A stretch of DNA of 64,000 bases from Clostridia bacterium (GCA_017453305.1 JAFTKJ010000006.1:16895-80894); one strand, 5' to 3'; positions 30,667-41,439 are shown, numbered from the stretch's first letter. Notes: generated by a model from the sequence alone, not told the origin. Made by a program: numbers and translations.

Positions 30667-31569
30667 TTAAAGCATGGTTTGCGTATCGTTGGGATCTCCC
30701 TCGCGTGCGAGCTTGTATTCCTCCGACCAATCCAGATAGCGGTATTTTTCACCTCTGGGATCGGTTTGGATCCAATTGGTCAGCATATCAAGCATTTCCT
30801 CGGTCCAGGTCGCTCTGTCGATCTGCGCGGTGGTAAATCTGCCCGCGGAGATCATATCAAAGCCAAAATCATCCTTGACGTGCGTTTTTGCCGCGCCCTC
30901 AACAACCTCCTTGACCAGGTGGCTGGGAATGAACAGCACGCCGCCGCCCGCACCGTATACAATATCACCGGGAAGAACGGTTGCCTTGCCGATTCTCGTA
31001 ATGCCGTTAAAATCCTTGATGACAAACTCACGGATCGGGGTGGGGTCAATGCCTCTGTAATAGACCTGAACGTCGGGGACCTGCTTCATCTGCTCGGTAT
31101 CGCGGATGCCGCCCCAAATAACGCCGCCGCCCGTTTTGGTACGGGTGCGAATGGCAGTGGTCAGGTTTCCGCCAAGAAAGGTGCCCTTGTAGATCTTGTC
31201 GTACATGTCAACCACCACAACGTCGCCCTCGACCAGCGTATCGATCACCCACTGATTGAAGTTGCCCTTTCTGCCTTCCTTTTTTCCTTGCCCCATGGCA
31301 ACGTCCAAAAGGTCGGGACGGGTGGGGACGTAGGTCGCGGTAACGGCACGGCCGATCAGCTTTCTGCCGTCGTCGTGCAGGGTTTTGAGGTCGCCCTCAA
31401 ATTGGCTTTCGTAGCCCTTTAAGTAGATGGGCTTCCAAAGCTCCTCCAGGGTCATTTTATACATTTCATCGATGTACTTTTGCTCTACCTTCGGGCGTCC
31501 GTCGGGGAATCTTTCTCCTTTCCAAAGGGGAGTCAAGGCAATAATTTCATCTCTGTCATTAAATTTCAT
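30667..31569 (-). CDS. RraA-family protein (HMG/CHA aldolase-like)
   Basis: GRAVTA, GDVVVVD, GGNL, GGIRD, VLPGDIV. Confidence 0.8.
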   Translation of the reverse strand: MKFNDRDEIIALTPLWKGERFPDGRPKVEQKYIDEMYKMTLEELWKPIYLKGYESQFEGDLKTLHDDGRKLIGRAVTATYVPTRPDLLDVAMGQGKKEGRKGNFNQWVIDTLVEGDVVVVDMYDKIYKGTFLGGNLTTAIRTRTKTGGGVIWGGIRDTEQMKQVPDVQVYYRGIDPTPIREFVIKDFNGITRIGKATVLPGDIVYGAGGGVLFIPSHLVKEVVEGAAKTHVKDDFGFDMISAGRFTTAQIDRATWTEEMLDMLTNWIQTDPRGEKYRYLDWSEEYKLAREGDPNDTQTML

Positions 31570-33053
31570 TTTGCTTCTCCTTTCACCGTAACCAGATACG
31601 TGCAGTTGGCTGTCAGATCAAGCTTGATCTCGTCGGTCTTTCCTGAAAAGATCGGCGTCAGAAGCCCCTCGCTTTGCAGGAGCTTCAGTTGCTCCGCATT
31701 CGGGACGAGCATATCGTTTTTCAATGCCATAGCATAGGGGTTGGTATGCGTTTTGTCGATGCAGTAGATCTCAATTTCCTTTCCGTCAAGGCTGTCGGAA
31801 AGGGCAAGAATCTCGGTGCGCGCGGGCAGATCCTCATCAAACAGCTCGGAGGCGTAGGTCAAAAGGATCGCGTAATCGCCGTTTTCGGTCTTGGTGGGGA
31901 TCACGAAGATATTTTCGTCCTCCACCTCTGCAGGCAAAAGTCCCTCGCCGAGCCTGGATGCCATAAGGTGCGCGTTGTAGATGGGCTTTGCGATAAAGTT
32001 GAGGGTGAAGAAATTGCGGAAGCCCGTAAAGTCCTCTACCATTTCGTGCTGTCCCGAAAGGCAGATCATCAGTGTTGCCGCGTGGAAATCGTGCTTGATG
32101 AACTCGGACACCAGCTTGACGTAATAAGCGGCAAACTTTTCGGTTTCGCGGAACATCAGCGAGGGGCATTCCTCCTTGTTGAGGAATCCGCCTGTTGCAA
32201 AGCCCCACTCGTCAATTACGACCTTGGTATCCCCATAGCCGTGCTCCTTGATGGTCTTTGCGTATTTTTGATGCCGTTTGATATTGTTTGCAACGGTAAT
32301 GACGCGCGAGCCGTCGTTCAGCTCCTCGGGCATACAGCCGTAGTTATGGAAGGAGATAAAGTCAAGGCGCAGCTTATTTTCGGTAACGTAATCCAAAAAT
32401 CTGCCCAAAAAATCCTGCCTGTGCGCAAGCGCAGGACCGCCGATGGTCATTTTTTCGGAGGCGCGTCTGATGCCGTTTTCGTAAGCCTTGTAGAGCTTGC
32501 AGTACTCGGCGCATCGGATTTCCCATTGATCCTCATGTACGTCACCCATAAAGAAGGCGGCAACGTCGGGCTCGTTAAAGCATTGAAGCTGCCATTTTGC
32601 AACAACGTCCTCGCCGTAGCGCTCGATGTTGTGCTTGGTGTATTCGTAGCAGATCTCCTCCCAAAGGGCGTAGTCGCATGGAATGGAGGTGTTCCACATT
32701 TTTCCTTTATAGCGTGTCTTGTTTTTGGAGACGCTGGTCTTGCTGGAGGTGCTGGCGGCAATGCAGTCGGGCATGCCCGCATAGGCGACCAACAGCTTAA
32801 AGCCGAGAGAGGTCAGGTAATCGAGGCGCAGGTCGCTCAAACGGAAGTCGTAGCAGAGCTTTCCGTCCTCATCGAGGTAAACGATATCCTCGAACATGGA
32901 ATATACTCTGACGGTGTGGATCGATTTGTCTGCGGCAAGGCGGTCGAGAATGCGTCTGCCCCAAGGATCCTCTACGGCGTCGGTGGGATGAAAGAGTGCC
33001 GTGCTCCAAAAGTTTTCTTGCTTTTTGATGATCTCATTTCCAATTTTAATCAT
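31566..33053 (-). CDS. glycoside hydrolase family 39-like enzyme
   Basis: FNEPD acid/base, IGGPA, DFISFHNY, IDEW nucleophile. Confidence 0.82.
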   Translation of the reverse strand: MIKIGNEIIKKQENFWSTALFHPTDAVEDPWGRRILDRLAADKSIHTVRVYSMFEDIVYLDEDGKLCYDFRLSDLRLDYLTSLGFKLLVAYAGMPDCIAASTSSKTSVSKNKTRYKGKMWNTSIPCDYALWEEICYEYTKHNIERYGEDVVAKWQLQCFNEPDVAAFFMGDVHEDQWEIRCAEYCKLYKAYENGIRRASEKMTIGGPALAHRQDFLGRFLDYVTENKLRLDFISFHNYGCMPEELNDGSRVITVANNIKRHQKYAKTIKEHGYGDTKVVIDEWGFATGGFLNKEECPSLMFRETEKFAAYYVKLVSEFIKHDFHAATLMICLSGQHEMVEDFTGFRNFFTLNFIAKPIYNAHLMASRLGEGLLPAEVEDENIFVIPTKTENGDYAILLTYASELFDEDLPARTEILALSDSLDGKEIEIYCIDKTHTNPYAMALKNDMLVPNAEQLKLLQSEGLLTPIFSGKTDEIKLDLTANCTYLVTVKGEAK

Positions 33054-34035
33054 ATTTATGTTCTCCTTTGCTTGAAAGGGATGTATTCAATGCGTCGTTT
33101 GCCTCAAGAATGCCCTTGAGGTAGCCAATGGCAAACAGTCTGCCCATGGCATCGTAGCCTGCAAAACTTGAGGTCTCGCCCGCCATTGTGGGAACGTGGT
33201 CCACGCGGATCGGCACGTCAACGCCGTATTTTTTGTAAACGCGCATGATCTGTGCCATATCAATGGCACCGTTGTCGTGGAAGGTCTCGCGGAAGTGGTG
33301 AAGCTCTCCTACCGTGTTTCTGAAATGAACGAGATAGATGCGATCGGCAAACTCCTTGATCGTATCCTCCAGATCCTCGCCCATGATGTAGTAATTTGCC
33401 TGACACATCGTAATGCCGAGGCTGTCGCTTTTGACGATCCCATTTACGGCGTGTCTGATATTTTTGCGCGAGATCATGATTCTTTCCACGTCGCCAAGGC
33501 GCGGCACGGGCGGATCGTCGGGGTGGAGGGCGAGCTTGATGCCGTATTTTTCGGCATCGGGAATGACCGCCTTGATAAAGTACTCGTAGTTGCTCCAAAG
33601 CTCATCGGCGGTGATCTTTGCTCCCGTGGGGGTAAAGTCTGCCATCTTGAACTCGGTCACGCGTGCGCCGCCGCGTTCGGGAACGGTGCTTGACGTGCGG
33701 AGCCAACCGATGTGCGCCATCCAGTTAAAGCAGATGGTATTGATCCCAAGGCTTTGCATGATAGGGAACATCTTGAGCACGCGCTCAATGCAGGCATCCC
33801 GAAGCTCGTCTCCTGCCTTGATGTGGTCGTGCACCTCGTTGGGCATTGGTTCAATGACAAGCGGCTGGATGCCAAAGTCTGTAAAGCGATCGTAAACCGT
33901 TTGCCAATGCGAGGGATCGGTCAGATCAAAATCGGCGGTCTCGGGAAGGCGGATCACGCCGTGACGGACACCCGACTGGAGAGCAAAATCCCAGGTCGCG
34001 TCGTGCGTGCTTCTGAAATAATCGGTTAAAATCAT
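33046..34035 (-). CDS. uxuA: mannonate dehydratase
   Basis: ICFNWMA, WLRT, LALHPDDPP, VHFRN, RVDHVPTM. Confidence 0.92.
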   Translation of the reverse strand: MILTDYFRSTHDATWDFALQSGVRHGVIRLPETADFDLTDPSHWQTVYDRFTDFGIQPLVIEPMPNEVHDHIKAGDELRDACIERVLKMFPIMQSLGINTICFNWMAHIGWLRTSSTVPERGGARVTEFKMADFTPTGAKITADELWSNYEYFIKAVIPDAEKYGIKLALHPDDPPVPRLGDVERIMISRKNIRHAVNGIVKSDSLGITMCQANYYIMGEDLEDTIKEFADRIYLVHFRNTVGELHHFRETFHDNGAIDMAQIMRVYKKYGVDVPIRVDHVPTMAGETSSFAGYDAMGRLFAIGYLKGILEANDALNTSLSSKGEHKYD

Positions 34036-34064
34036 TGCAGGTCACCTCAATTTTTTCTTCGGGA

Positions 34065-34913
34065 TCAAACGCCGCCAAGCGTCAAAAATCCACCGTCCAC
34101 GGGAATGGTAGCACCTGTCACGAACGCCGACGCCTCGTCATTGAGGAGCCACTCGGCACAGCCGAGCAGATCGGCAGCCTGACCGAATCTTCCCATGGGG
34201 GTATGAGAGATTACGCTTTCGCCGCGCTTGGTCAAGCCTTCCTCTACTGTTCCAAGGTAAGCCTTGCTGCGCTCGTTTACCATAAATCCGGGCGCGATCG
34301 CATTGATGCGGATGTTGGCGGGCGCAAAGTAAGCGGCAAAGGATTGCGTCAGATTGGTGATTGCCGCCTTGCTCATTGCATAGGCAAAGCAACGGGTAAG
34401 GGGACAGTAGGAGTTCATGGAGGCAAAGTTGATCACACTGCCGCCGCCAAGCTTTACCATTTGCTTTGCAAACTCCATGGTCGGAATGACCGTTCCCATG
34501 GTGTTGATGTTGAGCACGCTTTCAAACGCGTCCATATCGATGTCATAAAGCCCTCTTGTGCCCTCGGGGAGCTCGCCCGTCAGCTCACGGGGGTCAAAGC
34601 TTGTAATGGTGGGCATCGCCTTTGCGTTGTTTCCACCCGCGCCATTGACAAGACAGGAGCAAAGACCGACGTTTTCCTCTACGTATCTTGCAAGTGCCGC
34701 AACGCCCTCGCGGTCGGTCACGTCGCAGGCATAGGTGTAGGCGGTGCCGCCAAGACGGGCGATCTTTTCTGCTACTGCCTGCAGCTTTTCCTCGGTTCTT
34801 CCAACCAGCACGACCTTGGCACCGAGCTTTGCCATGTGGATCGAAATTTCGGAGCAGAGCGTGCCGCCCGCACCCGTTACCACAACGACCTTGTTTTCAA
34901 AATTTGCGTTCAT
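34065..34913 (-). CDS. uxuB: SDR oxidoreductase, probable D-mannonate (fructuronate) oxidoreductase
   Basis: TGAGGTL, NGAGGN, YAMSK, NAIAPGF; lies between uxaC and uxuA. Confidence 0.78.
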   Translation of the reverse strand: MNANFENKVVVVTGAGGTLCSEISIHMAKLGAKVVLVGRTEEKLQAVAEKIARLGGTAYTYACDVTDREGVAALARYVEENVGLCSCLVNGAGGNNAKAMPTITSFDPRELTGELPEGTRGLYDIDMDAFESVLNINTMGTVIPTMEFAKQMVKLGGGSVINFASMNSYCPLTRCFAYAMSKAAITNLTQSFAAYFAPANIRINAIAPGFMVNERSKAYLGTVEEGLTKRGESVISHTPMGRFGQAADLLGCAEWLLNDEASAFVTGATIPVDGGFLTLGGV

Positions 34914-36265
34914 TTGTTTTCACCAATCCTTCTCAAAGCATTTTTAAAAGATATTTTTTCAACGATTTCACCAAGCGTACGCACGTCGGTTTGGAAGATG
35001 CCGCCGTCGTACTTTTCGCCCAGCCAGGAGCAAAGCACACGTCTGAAATAATCGTGCCGCACGAACGATAGGATGCTGCGCGAGTCGGTCGTCATACCGA
35101 TAAACTCCGAAAGCACGCCAAACGAGGAGATGCATTCAAAGGTGTTGACCATTCCATGGCGGTGATCGCACCACCACCAAGCAGGGCCAAGCTCAACCTT
35201 TGCGGCAACATGGTCTTCCGAGAAGGAGCCCTCCAGCACCGAGATGGCGGCGTGATCCTTCATATCAAGCGGAAAGAGCACGGTTTTCGGCAGTCCGCCG
35301 AGATCCTCCATTGCTGAGAGGAGATCTACCACGTGCGATACGCGCAGGCTACCGCCCACCGCGGCATATCCGCCGGCAGGACCTGCCAGGCGCGCGAGTC
35401 GGCTGCTGGTCTTTCTTTTGGCGTCCAGGTGGAGCAGCAGGGTGTAATTTCTTTTTGCGTATTCCGCTCCAAGACGAGCAAGGATCGCACTTTTCAACGC
35501 TGTGGAATCCTGCAGGGGCAATGCTTCGCCGGCAAGGAGCCTTGCAAGTCTTGCATCGTTTGCTCCGTCGTCCGGGAGGAAGGCAAAGCCGTCGTCCAGC
35601 GCGTGGTCGGCAAATTTACAGCCTGCCGCCGAGAATTGATCCAACCGCTTGGCAATTGCCGCGAGGTAGCCGTCAAGTGTCGTGCTCCCGTTGTCGCCGC
35701 ACGCCAAATCCGCGATCAGCTCTTTTGTGGGGGAGAGCAGATTGTCGCCGCGCAGGGAGGGCGCAAAGCCTTTGCGCGAATAGGGGGAGAGGTCGTCAAG
35801 GATCCCCGCAACGGGGGACTGATATTGGATGCCAAAGCGCGAAAGGATCGCTTGGCAACGATACTCCTCACTGCCAAGCATTTCGGTGACGGTATCATAG
35901 ATGCGGTCGGCGTTTTCGGAAGAGGGAATTTCGTCCAAGCCGAATACGGTTGCAAGCTCCATCAGCGACCAATCGTACACGGGATTTCCCACAAGATAGG
36001 GGAATACCGATGCGAATTTGCGGAATTTTTCACGCGGCGATGCATCTCCCGTAATATACTGCTCGGGAATGCCCGAGATGCGCATCAGGCGGTGCTTGTA
36101 CGGGTCGGGGGCAAGCCACAGCTCGGTCAAATTTTCAAATTTTTTGTTCGTCTGTACGTCCGCGGCGCTGATGTGGTTGTGATAATCCACAATGGGAAGT
36201 GCCTTTGCGTGATCCTCATACAAAAGCTTGGCGGTTTTTCCGTTCAAAAGAAACGAATCGTTCAT
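34910..36265 (-). CDS. uxaC: glucuronate isomerase
   Basis: PIVDYHNH, GNPVYDW, GPAWWWCD, GMTTDSRSILSFVRHDYFRR. Confidence 0.93.
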   Translation of the reverse strand: MNDSFLLNGKTAKLLYEDHAKALPIVDYHNHISAADVQTNKKFENLTELWLAPDPYKHRLMRISGIPEQYITGDASPREKFRKFASVFPYLVGNPVYDWSLMELATVFGLDEIPSSENADRIYDTVTEMLGSEEYRCQAILSRFGIQYQSPVAGILDDLSPYSRKGFAPSLRGDNLLSPTKELIADLACGDNGSTTLDGYLAAIAKRLDQFSAAGCKFADHALDDGFAFLPDDGANDARLARLLAGEALPLQDSTALKSAILARLGAEYAKRNYTLLLHLDAKRKTSSRLARLAGPAGGYAAVGGSLRVSHVVDLLSAMEDLGGLPKTVLFPLDMKDHAAISVLEGSFSEDHVAAKVELGPAWWWCDHRHGMVNTFECISSFGVLSEFIGMTTDSRSILSFVRHDYFRRVLCSWLGEKYDGGIFQTDVRTLGEIVEKISFKNALRRIGENK

Positions 36266-36445
36266 TTTTGTTCTCCCTTTCGTAAAGCTGCAATGCGGCA
36301 GTAGTGTCGCTTGGTTTTCTCTTCTTCATTTTACCATATTATACGATCCGAAGCAACCCCTAAAACGATATTTTTTAACACAATTCGATCATTTTTGAAT
36401 TGACAAAAAGATTCAGGCGTGCTATAATGATCACGAGGTGATACA

Positions 36446-37222
36446 ATGCGATTTCAATATATTTCCGAGCAGCCGCGCTTTACCGTTCGGGACATTGACG
36501 TGGTGGACGTTGCACGGGATAAAAATTTCAGCCATTCCTACCGCACGGGGCGCATCAAGCACGGCTTTATTTACACCGTGCAAGGGCAGATCTGCTACAG
36601 CTTTGTCTCGGGGGAGGAGAAGAAGATCTACGCCAAAACGGGCGAGCTGGTGTTCGTCCCCAAGAACTGTGCATATACGGGAACGTATCTGGAGGACGGC
36701 ACGGAGCTGAAGATCGTACAGTTTGAGCTTGCGGACGGCACCCTTCCCGAATATCTTCTGCAGCCAAAAAGGATCGAGCTTCCCGATGCGGCAAATCTGA
36801 TCGAACGTTTTTTCCTTTTGAATAAAAACGGTTTGGAGGCGCATCCGTTCTATTATCTTTCGGGCTTGTACGAGCTGCTTTGGAAGATCGACGGAGCTTA
36901 CTCCAGCATTCCAAAACGCTACAAAAAGCTCCGCGCCGCGCTGGGGGAGATGTCGGAGCGTTATTACGAGGATCGCCCGATCTCTTACTACGCCGCGCTT
37001 TGCGGCATGAGTGAGGTGAACTTTCGCAGGCTCTTTCGTGATTATACGGGAAAAACGCCCGTTGAGTACCGAAACGATATCCGCCTGGAAAATGCCGCCG
37101 TCCTGCTTGGGAGCGGCGAATACACCGTGTCCGAGGCGGCGGAGTCTTGCGGTTTTTCCAATCTCTCATTCTTTACCCGCCTTTACAAAAGAAGGTACGG
37201 TCACACACCCAAAGACGAGTAA
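36446..37222 (+). CDS. AraC-family regulator divergent from the uronate operon
   Basis: C-terminal double HTH (FRRLFRDYTGKTP...GFSNLSFFTRLYK). Confidence 0.92.
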   Translation: MRFQYISEQPRFTVRDIDVVDVARDKNFSHSYRTGRIKHGFIYTVQGQICYSFVSGEEKKIYAKTGELVFVPKNCAYTGTYLEDGTELKIVQFELADGTLPEYLLQPKRIELPDAANLIERFFLLNKNGLEAHPFYYLSGLYELLWKIDGAYSSIPKRYKKLRAALGEMSERYYEDRPISYYAALCGMSEVNFRRLFRDYTGKTPVEYRNDIRLENAAVLLGSGEYTVSEAAESCGFSNLSFFTRLYKRRYGHTPKDE

Positions 37223-37360
37223 GTGGGCGTGAGCGTTTCTTCTTTTGTGATGGCACGTTCTGTGATAAAGTAGGTCGCGGAACGATGTTTGCCTTTGCAG
37301 GCAAGTGATGTCGGCTTCATCTTGTGATGTTGTGCCTTCGGCAAACTCACATTTGTGAGC

Positions 37361-38191
37361 TTACTTTTTATAAAGACGGATATATTTGGAAGGAGAGATT
37401 CCTGTTTTCACTTTGAAAAACGTGGAAAGATAGGAGGCTGAGGAAAAGCCCATCAGGGTTGAGGTTTTGGAAATAGAGTACCCCTGCAAAAGCAAGGTCT
37501 GAATCTCTTTGATGCGCAGGGAGGCAAAGTAGGACATCGGTCCCTCTCCCGTATAGGTATAAAATAGCTTTTTGACATAGCTTGGGCTGATGTGATGCAT
37601 GGCAGAAATCCGCTCGAGCGTCAACGGCTCTCGTACGTGCTCGGTCATCGTGTGGATCAATCTGCGGTATTCCTCCGCTCCCGCACCTTTTGCAATGCTT
37701 TTCTCCGAGCCTTTATTCAGCGAAAGGGAAATCAAAAACGCTTCCAGCCTGTGTCTTGCAGTAATCGCGGCGTGTACGTTTGGCGCCGCATCCCCGGCAT
37801 CCCATTGATAGACGTACTCGTGAAATACGGCAAACAGTTCTTGATATTCTGTCAATGCTGCATCCTCCAGGGCAAAGATGCCTTGCTTAAGGGAGGAGGG
37901 AAGTGCGCCCGTATGTGCAAAGGAACAGACAAGCACGTGTGGGGAGGTGCCGCCCGCACTTTTGATGCGGTGAAATTCCCCGGGGGCATGCAAAATCATT
38001 TCGCCGCCGTGCAAGAGATAGGATTGATCATTTTCAACGACCTCTACCTCTCCCGTCAGAACGGTGACGATCTCCCAAAAATCATGATCCTCACCTTTAA
38101 AAATAAAGTTTTGATCCCACCTGTAATCCAGTGCTGAAAAGAGCGCCGTGATTCGAAACGGTGTCGGAATTTCATAGCTTTTATGCTTCAT
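37361..38191 (-). CDS. AraC-family regulator
   Basis: Cupin N-terminus GEDHDFWE; HTH GFSSASYLSTFFK. Confidence 0.92.
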   Translation of the reverse strand: MKHKSYEIPTPFRITALFSALDYRWDQNFIFKGEDHDFWEIVTVLTGEVEVVENDQSYLLHGGEMILHAPGEFHRIKSAGGTSPHVLVCSFAHTGALPSSLKQGIFALEDAALTEYQELFAVFHEYVYQWDAGDAAPNVHAAITARHRLEAFLISLSLNKGSEKSIAKGAGAEEYRRLIHTMTEHVREPLTLERISAMHHISPSYVKKLFYTYTGEGPMSYFASLRIKEIQTLLLQGYSISKTSTLMGFSSASYLSTFFKVKTGISPSKYIRLYKK

Positions 38192-38196
38192 ACGTC

Positions 38197-38290
38197 AATC
38201 CTTGTGTCTTTATTTGTAAATTCTATGTCCATTTTTGGATTTACATTCAAAAATGGTCAGTGTATAATTATAATATCACAAAGCTATCAA
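38197..38290 (+). repeat. 94-bp duplicated promoter-region segment, copy 2 (AraC / GH109 divergent intergenic region)
   Basis: Matches 21612-21705 with 3 mismatches. Confidence 0.9.
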
Positions 38291-38326
38291 AAAAGCAATA
38301 CTGTTTTGGAAAGGAATTTCAAAGAT

Positions 38327-39616
38327 ATGATACAAAGAGAAAAGAAAACCAAGGTGAAAGTAGGCTATATCGGGTTAGGAAGGCGCGGGTATTCCATGCT
38401 GAGCCGTTGCTTTGCTAACATGGCAGACGTGGATTTTGCATGGGTGTGCGATCTCTCCAGGGAAAAGCTGGATCGTGCGGTGCAGACTTTGACCGAAGCG
38501 GGACGCCACGAACCCAAAACCACAACCAATTATCACGATATTCTGGCAGATCCCGACGTAGATGCTGTAATTGTTATGACGGGGTGGGATATGCACGTTC
38601 GGTGTTCACTCGATTCTCTCAAAGCAGGAAAATACACCGCCGTGGAGGTGGGATGCGCCTACGATATTTCCGAGTGCTACGAGCTTGTGAAAGCGTATGA
38701 GGAAAGCGGTGCCCCCTTGATGATGCTTGAAAACTGCTGCTATGGCAGACGCGAGATGATGGCGTTGAATATGGTCAAGCAGGGGCTCTTTGGCGAGGTC
38801 GTGCATTGCGACGGCGGATACCTTCATTATTTGAATGATGCCGAGCTGTTTGTAAAGAGATTTGGAGAGCCTACTTACTCGCATTACCGTGCATTTGACT
38901 ATCTCAATCGCAATTGCGAGCAGTACCCGACGCATGAATTCGGACCCATCTCCAAGGTTCTTGGTATCAATCGCGGAAACCGTATTCTGACGCTTTCTTC
39001 CTTTGCAAGCAAGAGTCGCGGTGCGGAGAGCTTTTTGAAGGAGCATCCCGAATTGGAGCACCCGATGGGGGGAAAACACTTTCGGCAAGGCGACGTTATT
39101 ACCACCGTTATGACCTGCGCGAACGGAGAAACGGTGCGCCTGACGCTGGATACCACCCTTCCGCGCCCTTATTACAGCCGCAATTTTACGGTGCGCGGTA
39201 CCAAGGGCTGCTGTGTGGAGGAGGGCGGATTTGGAACCTTTTTCCTGGAGGGAATGAAGGAGCCTGTTGCCAACAATGAGGAAAGCTTTTACGAAAAGTA
39301 CGATCACCCGCTGTATGCGGAATACGCAAGTCTTGGAATTACAGACGACCACGGCGGCATCGATTGGCTCGTCGGACGCGCGTTTATTGAGAGCGTCAAG
39401 GCAGGAACGGATACCCCGATCGATGCATACGATACTGCCACCTGGCTGGCGATCGCATCACTTTCCGAGGCTTCTATCGCCAAGGGAGGAGCTCCCGTGG
39501 AATTTCCGGATTTTACAAACGGAAAATGGTTCCGCCGCGAGCCTGCCGTCAGGGGAAAATACTGTTTGGATGAGATCTGCAGCGACCCCTCCGTTCCCTT
39601 TATCCCACAAGGATGA
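38327..39616 (+). CDS. Gfo/Idh/MocA oxidoreductase, GH109-like glycosidase
   Basis: IGLGRRG, MMLENCCY, YPTH, DTTLPRPYSR, HGGID, VEFPDFTNGKW. Confidence 0.85.
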   Translation: MIQREKKTKVKVGYIGLGRRGYSMLSRCFANMADVDFAWVCDLSREKLDRAVQTLTEAGRHEPKTTTNYHDILADPDVDAVIVMTGWDMHVRCSLDSLKAGKYTAVEVGCAYDISECYELVKAYEESGAPLMMLENCCYGRREMMALNMVKQGLFGEVVHCDGGYLHYLNDAELFVKRFGEPTYSHYRAFDYLNRNCEQYPTHEFGPISKVLGINRGNRILTLSSFASKSRGAESFLKEHPELEHPMGGKHFRQGDVITTVMTCANGETVRLTLDTTLPRPYYSRNFTVRGTKGCCVEEGGFGTFFLEGMKEPVANNEESFYEKYDHPLYAEYASLGITDDHGGIDWLVGRAFIESVKAGTDTPIDAYDTATWLAIASLSEASIAKGGAPVEFPDFTNGKWFRREPAVRGKYCLDEICSDPSVPFIPQG

Positions 39617-39885
39617 GGGATACTGTGGGGGATACAAAATGGGAAGCCGTTTTGCATGCCTTGAAGCTGCTTGCCGATCGCTTTGAATGGGTGAATTCCA
39701 CCTTGGTTTATGAGGAACCACTGTACGCGATCGTAACCGTGGAGGGAACCCACGTGAGGATCGAGGGAACGGAGACGAGGATGCTCCACGGCGTAACGTT
39801 GGATGCGGTCACGGACAAGATCTACAGCTCCAGGGGAAGGACCTGTGAACCGATCATCCGAAGCGCGGATATTACCCTGCATTGA
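39613..39885 (+). CDS. short hypothetical protein or gene remnant
   Basis: ATGA overlap with the upstream stop; no recognisable motif. Confidence 0.3.
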   Translation: MRDTVGDTKWEAVLHALKLLADRFEWVNSTLVYEEPLYAIVTVEGTHVRIEGTETRMLHGVTLDAVTDKIYSSRGRTCEPIIRSADITLH

Positions 39886-40040
39886 CCGCAAGGATCTTGC
39901 CTGAAAACGGGAGATTAAATTTTAATTTGCAGGTTTAAGCACATCATGGAGAGCAAAAAAGATTACTGAACAAGCACAGGTAAGCTTGTATTTCAAAATA
40001 TGATAAAATAATACGTAAAATAAAAAAGGAGAACACAGTT

Positions 40041-40766
40041 ATGCAATACCGCGCGCACAGAGGTCATTCGGGCTATCCCGAAAATACGATACCCGCATTT
40101 CGCCGTGCCGTTGAGGCCGGCTTTGATCAAATTGAGACCGATCCCGCTTTTACAAAGGATGGCGTGATCGTTTTGATGCACGATTATACGATCAACCGAA
40201 CCTGCCGCAAGCGCGACGGCTCGCCGATTGGTGGAGACGTACGTCTTGTCGATATTACCTACGAGGAGCTTTTACAATATGACGCCGGAATCGCTTTTGG
40301 AGAGCAATTCCGTGGGACGACCGTACCTCGTCTGGAGGAGCTTTTGCAGCTGCTGGACGGTACGGATATCCTGCTGGATTTGGATAAAAAGATTACAACC
40401 GACCACATCGAGGTGCTGATGGAGCTGGTAGGAAAATATAACGTCCGCGCGGAATATTCCTGCGGTGATCTTACGCGCATTCAAAGGGCGCTTGCATACA
40501 ATCCCAAAGCGCTGATCAACTATGACGGCAATACCACCGAGCAGGACCTGGAGGCGGTGTGCGCACTGGTTCCAAAGGATCAGCTGACGGTTTGGATGTA
40601 TTACGACAACCCGCAATTTGCATGGCTGACCGATCGCTTTAAGGCCTCACCCGAAAACTGCGCGCGCGTCAAAAAATATGCACAGCTCGGCATTGCGAAC
40701 GTTCGCACCCCTTATGAGATGCGGGATGCGATCCGCTTTGGCGCAGATGTGATCGAGCCGTTTTAA
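40041..40766 (+). CDS. glycerophosphodiester phosphodiesterase
   Basis: AHRG, PENT, IETD, TKDGVIVLMHD. Confidence 0.9.
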   Translation: MQYRAHRGHSGYPENTIPAFRRAVEAGFDQIETDPAFTKDGVIVLMHDYTINRTCRKRDGSPIGGDVRLVDITYEELLQYDAGIAFGEQFRGTTVPRLEELLQLLDGTDILLDLDKKITTDHIEVLMELVGKYNVRAEYSCGDLTRIQRALAYNPKALINYDGNTTEQDLEAVCALVPKDQLTVWMYYDNPQFAWLTDRFKASPENCARVKKYAQLGIANVRTPYEMRDAIRFGADVIEPF

Positions 40767-40995
40767 TTAAAAAGCAAAAAGAAAAGGTGTACGCCAACAC
40801 CCGATGAAAAACCGCCCCGTTCCAGTCAACAGGAACGGGGCGGCGCCCATGAGGGGCTTTTTTGTTGCCGTCATGCACGCTCGCATCCGAGCGACGCCGA
40901 TGGCTTTTGTTGTGAAAAAACAAATTCACAGACTTCTTTTTTCACACGAACCTGCGGAAACAGTATCCGCATAACGAAATAGAGAAGAGCTTTCC

Positions 40996-41193
40996 TTATT
41001 TCGTCTTAATGGAGTTCTCGTAGGACTCGATCATCTTCTTGACCATCTGTCCACCAACGGAACCGGCTTGCTTTGCGGTGATGTCGCCGTTGTAGCCCTG
41101 CTTCAGGTTTACGCCGACCTCATTCGCAGCCTCCATCTTAAATCTCTCGAGTGCTTCCTTTGCCTCGGGAACAAGAGTCTTGTTGCTTGCCAT
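40996..41193 (-). CDS. alpha/beta-type small acid-soluble spore protein
   Basis: VPEAKEALERFKMEAANEVGV...GSVGGQMVKKMI; GAGGAG RBS. Confidence 0.95.
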   Translation of the reverse strand: MASNKTLVPEAKEALERFKMEAANEVGVNLKQGYNGDITAKQAGSVGGQMVKKMIESYENSIKTK

Positions 41194-41320
41194 GGTTTTC
41201 TCCTCTTCTGAACGGTCTGCAATCACAAACCGTTCATCTGTGAAACAAATGAGGATTTGAAATTGCTTACGCGTTCGTTTATCTATATCATTGAGTCACA
41301 CTTTCGCGCGGCTCTGTCAT

Positions 41321-41349
41321 TATTATGAGCCGCAATGAGCGAGATATGA
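41321..41349 (-). promoter_or_regulatory. probable sporulation sigma factor (sigG/sigE-type) promoter of the SASP gene
   Basis: Minus strand TCATA-N17-CATAATA, about 130 bp upstream of the start. Confidence 0.55.
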
Positions 41350-41439
41350 ATGGAATTTTTTGCAGAAAAATCGGCAATTTTGAAAAAGGAACTCAAAGCA
41401 AAGCGCATTCCGTTGAGGTACTGTTGTAGCAATGGCGCA

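Noticed and set aside
37240-37350. Degenerate GTGATG...CTTCGG short repeats, with a faint echo at about 6600-6670
   Set aside because: Too degenerate to define a unit or function from this window alone.
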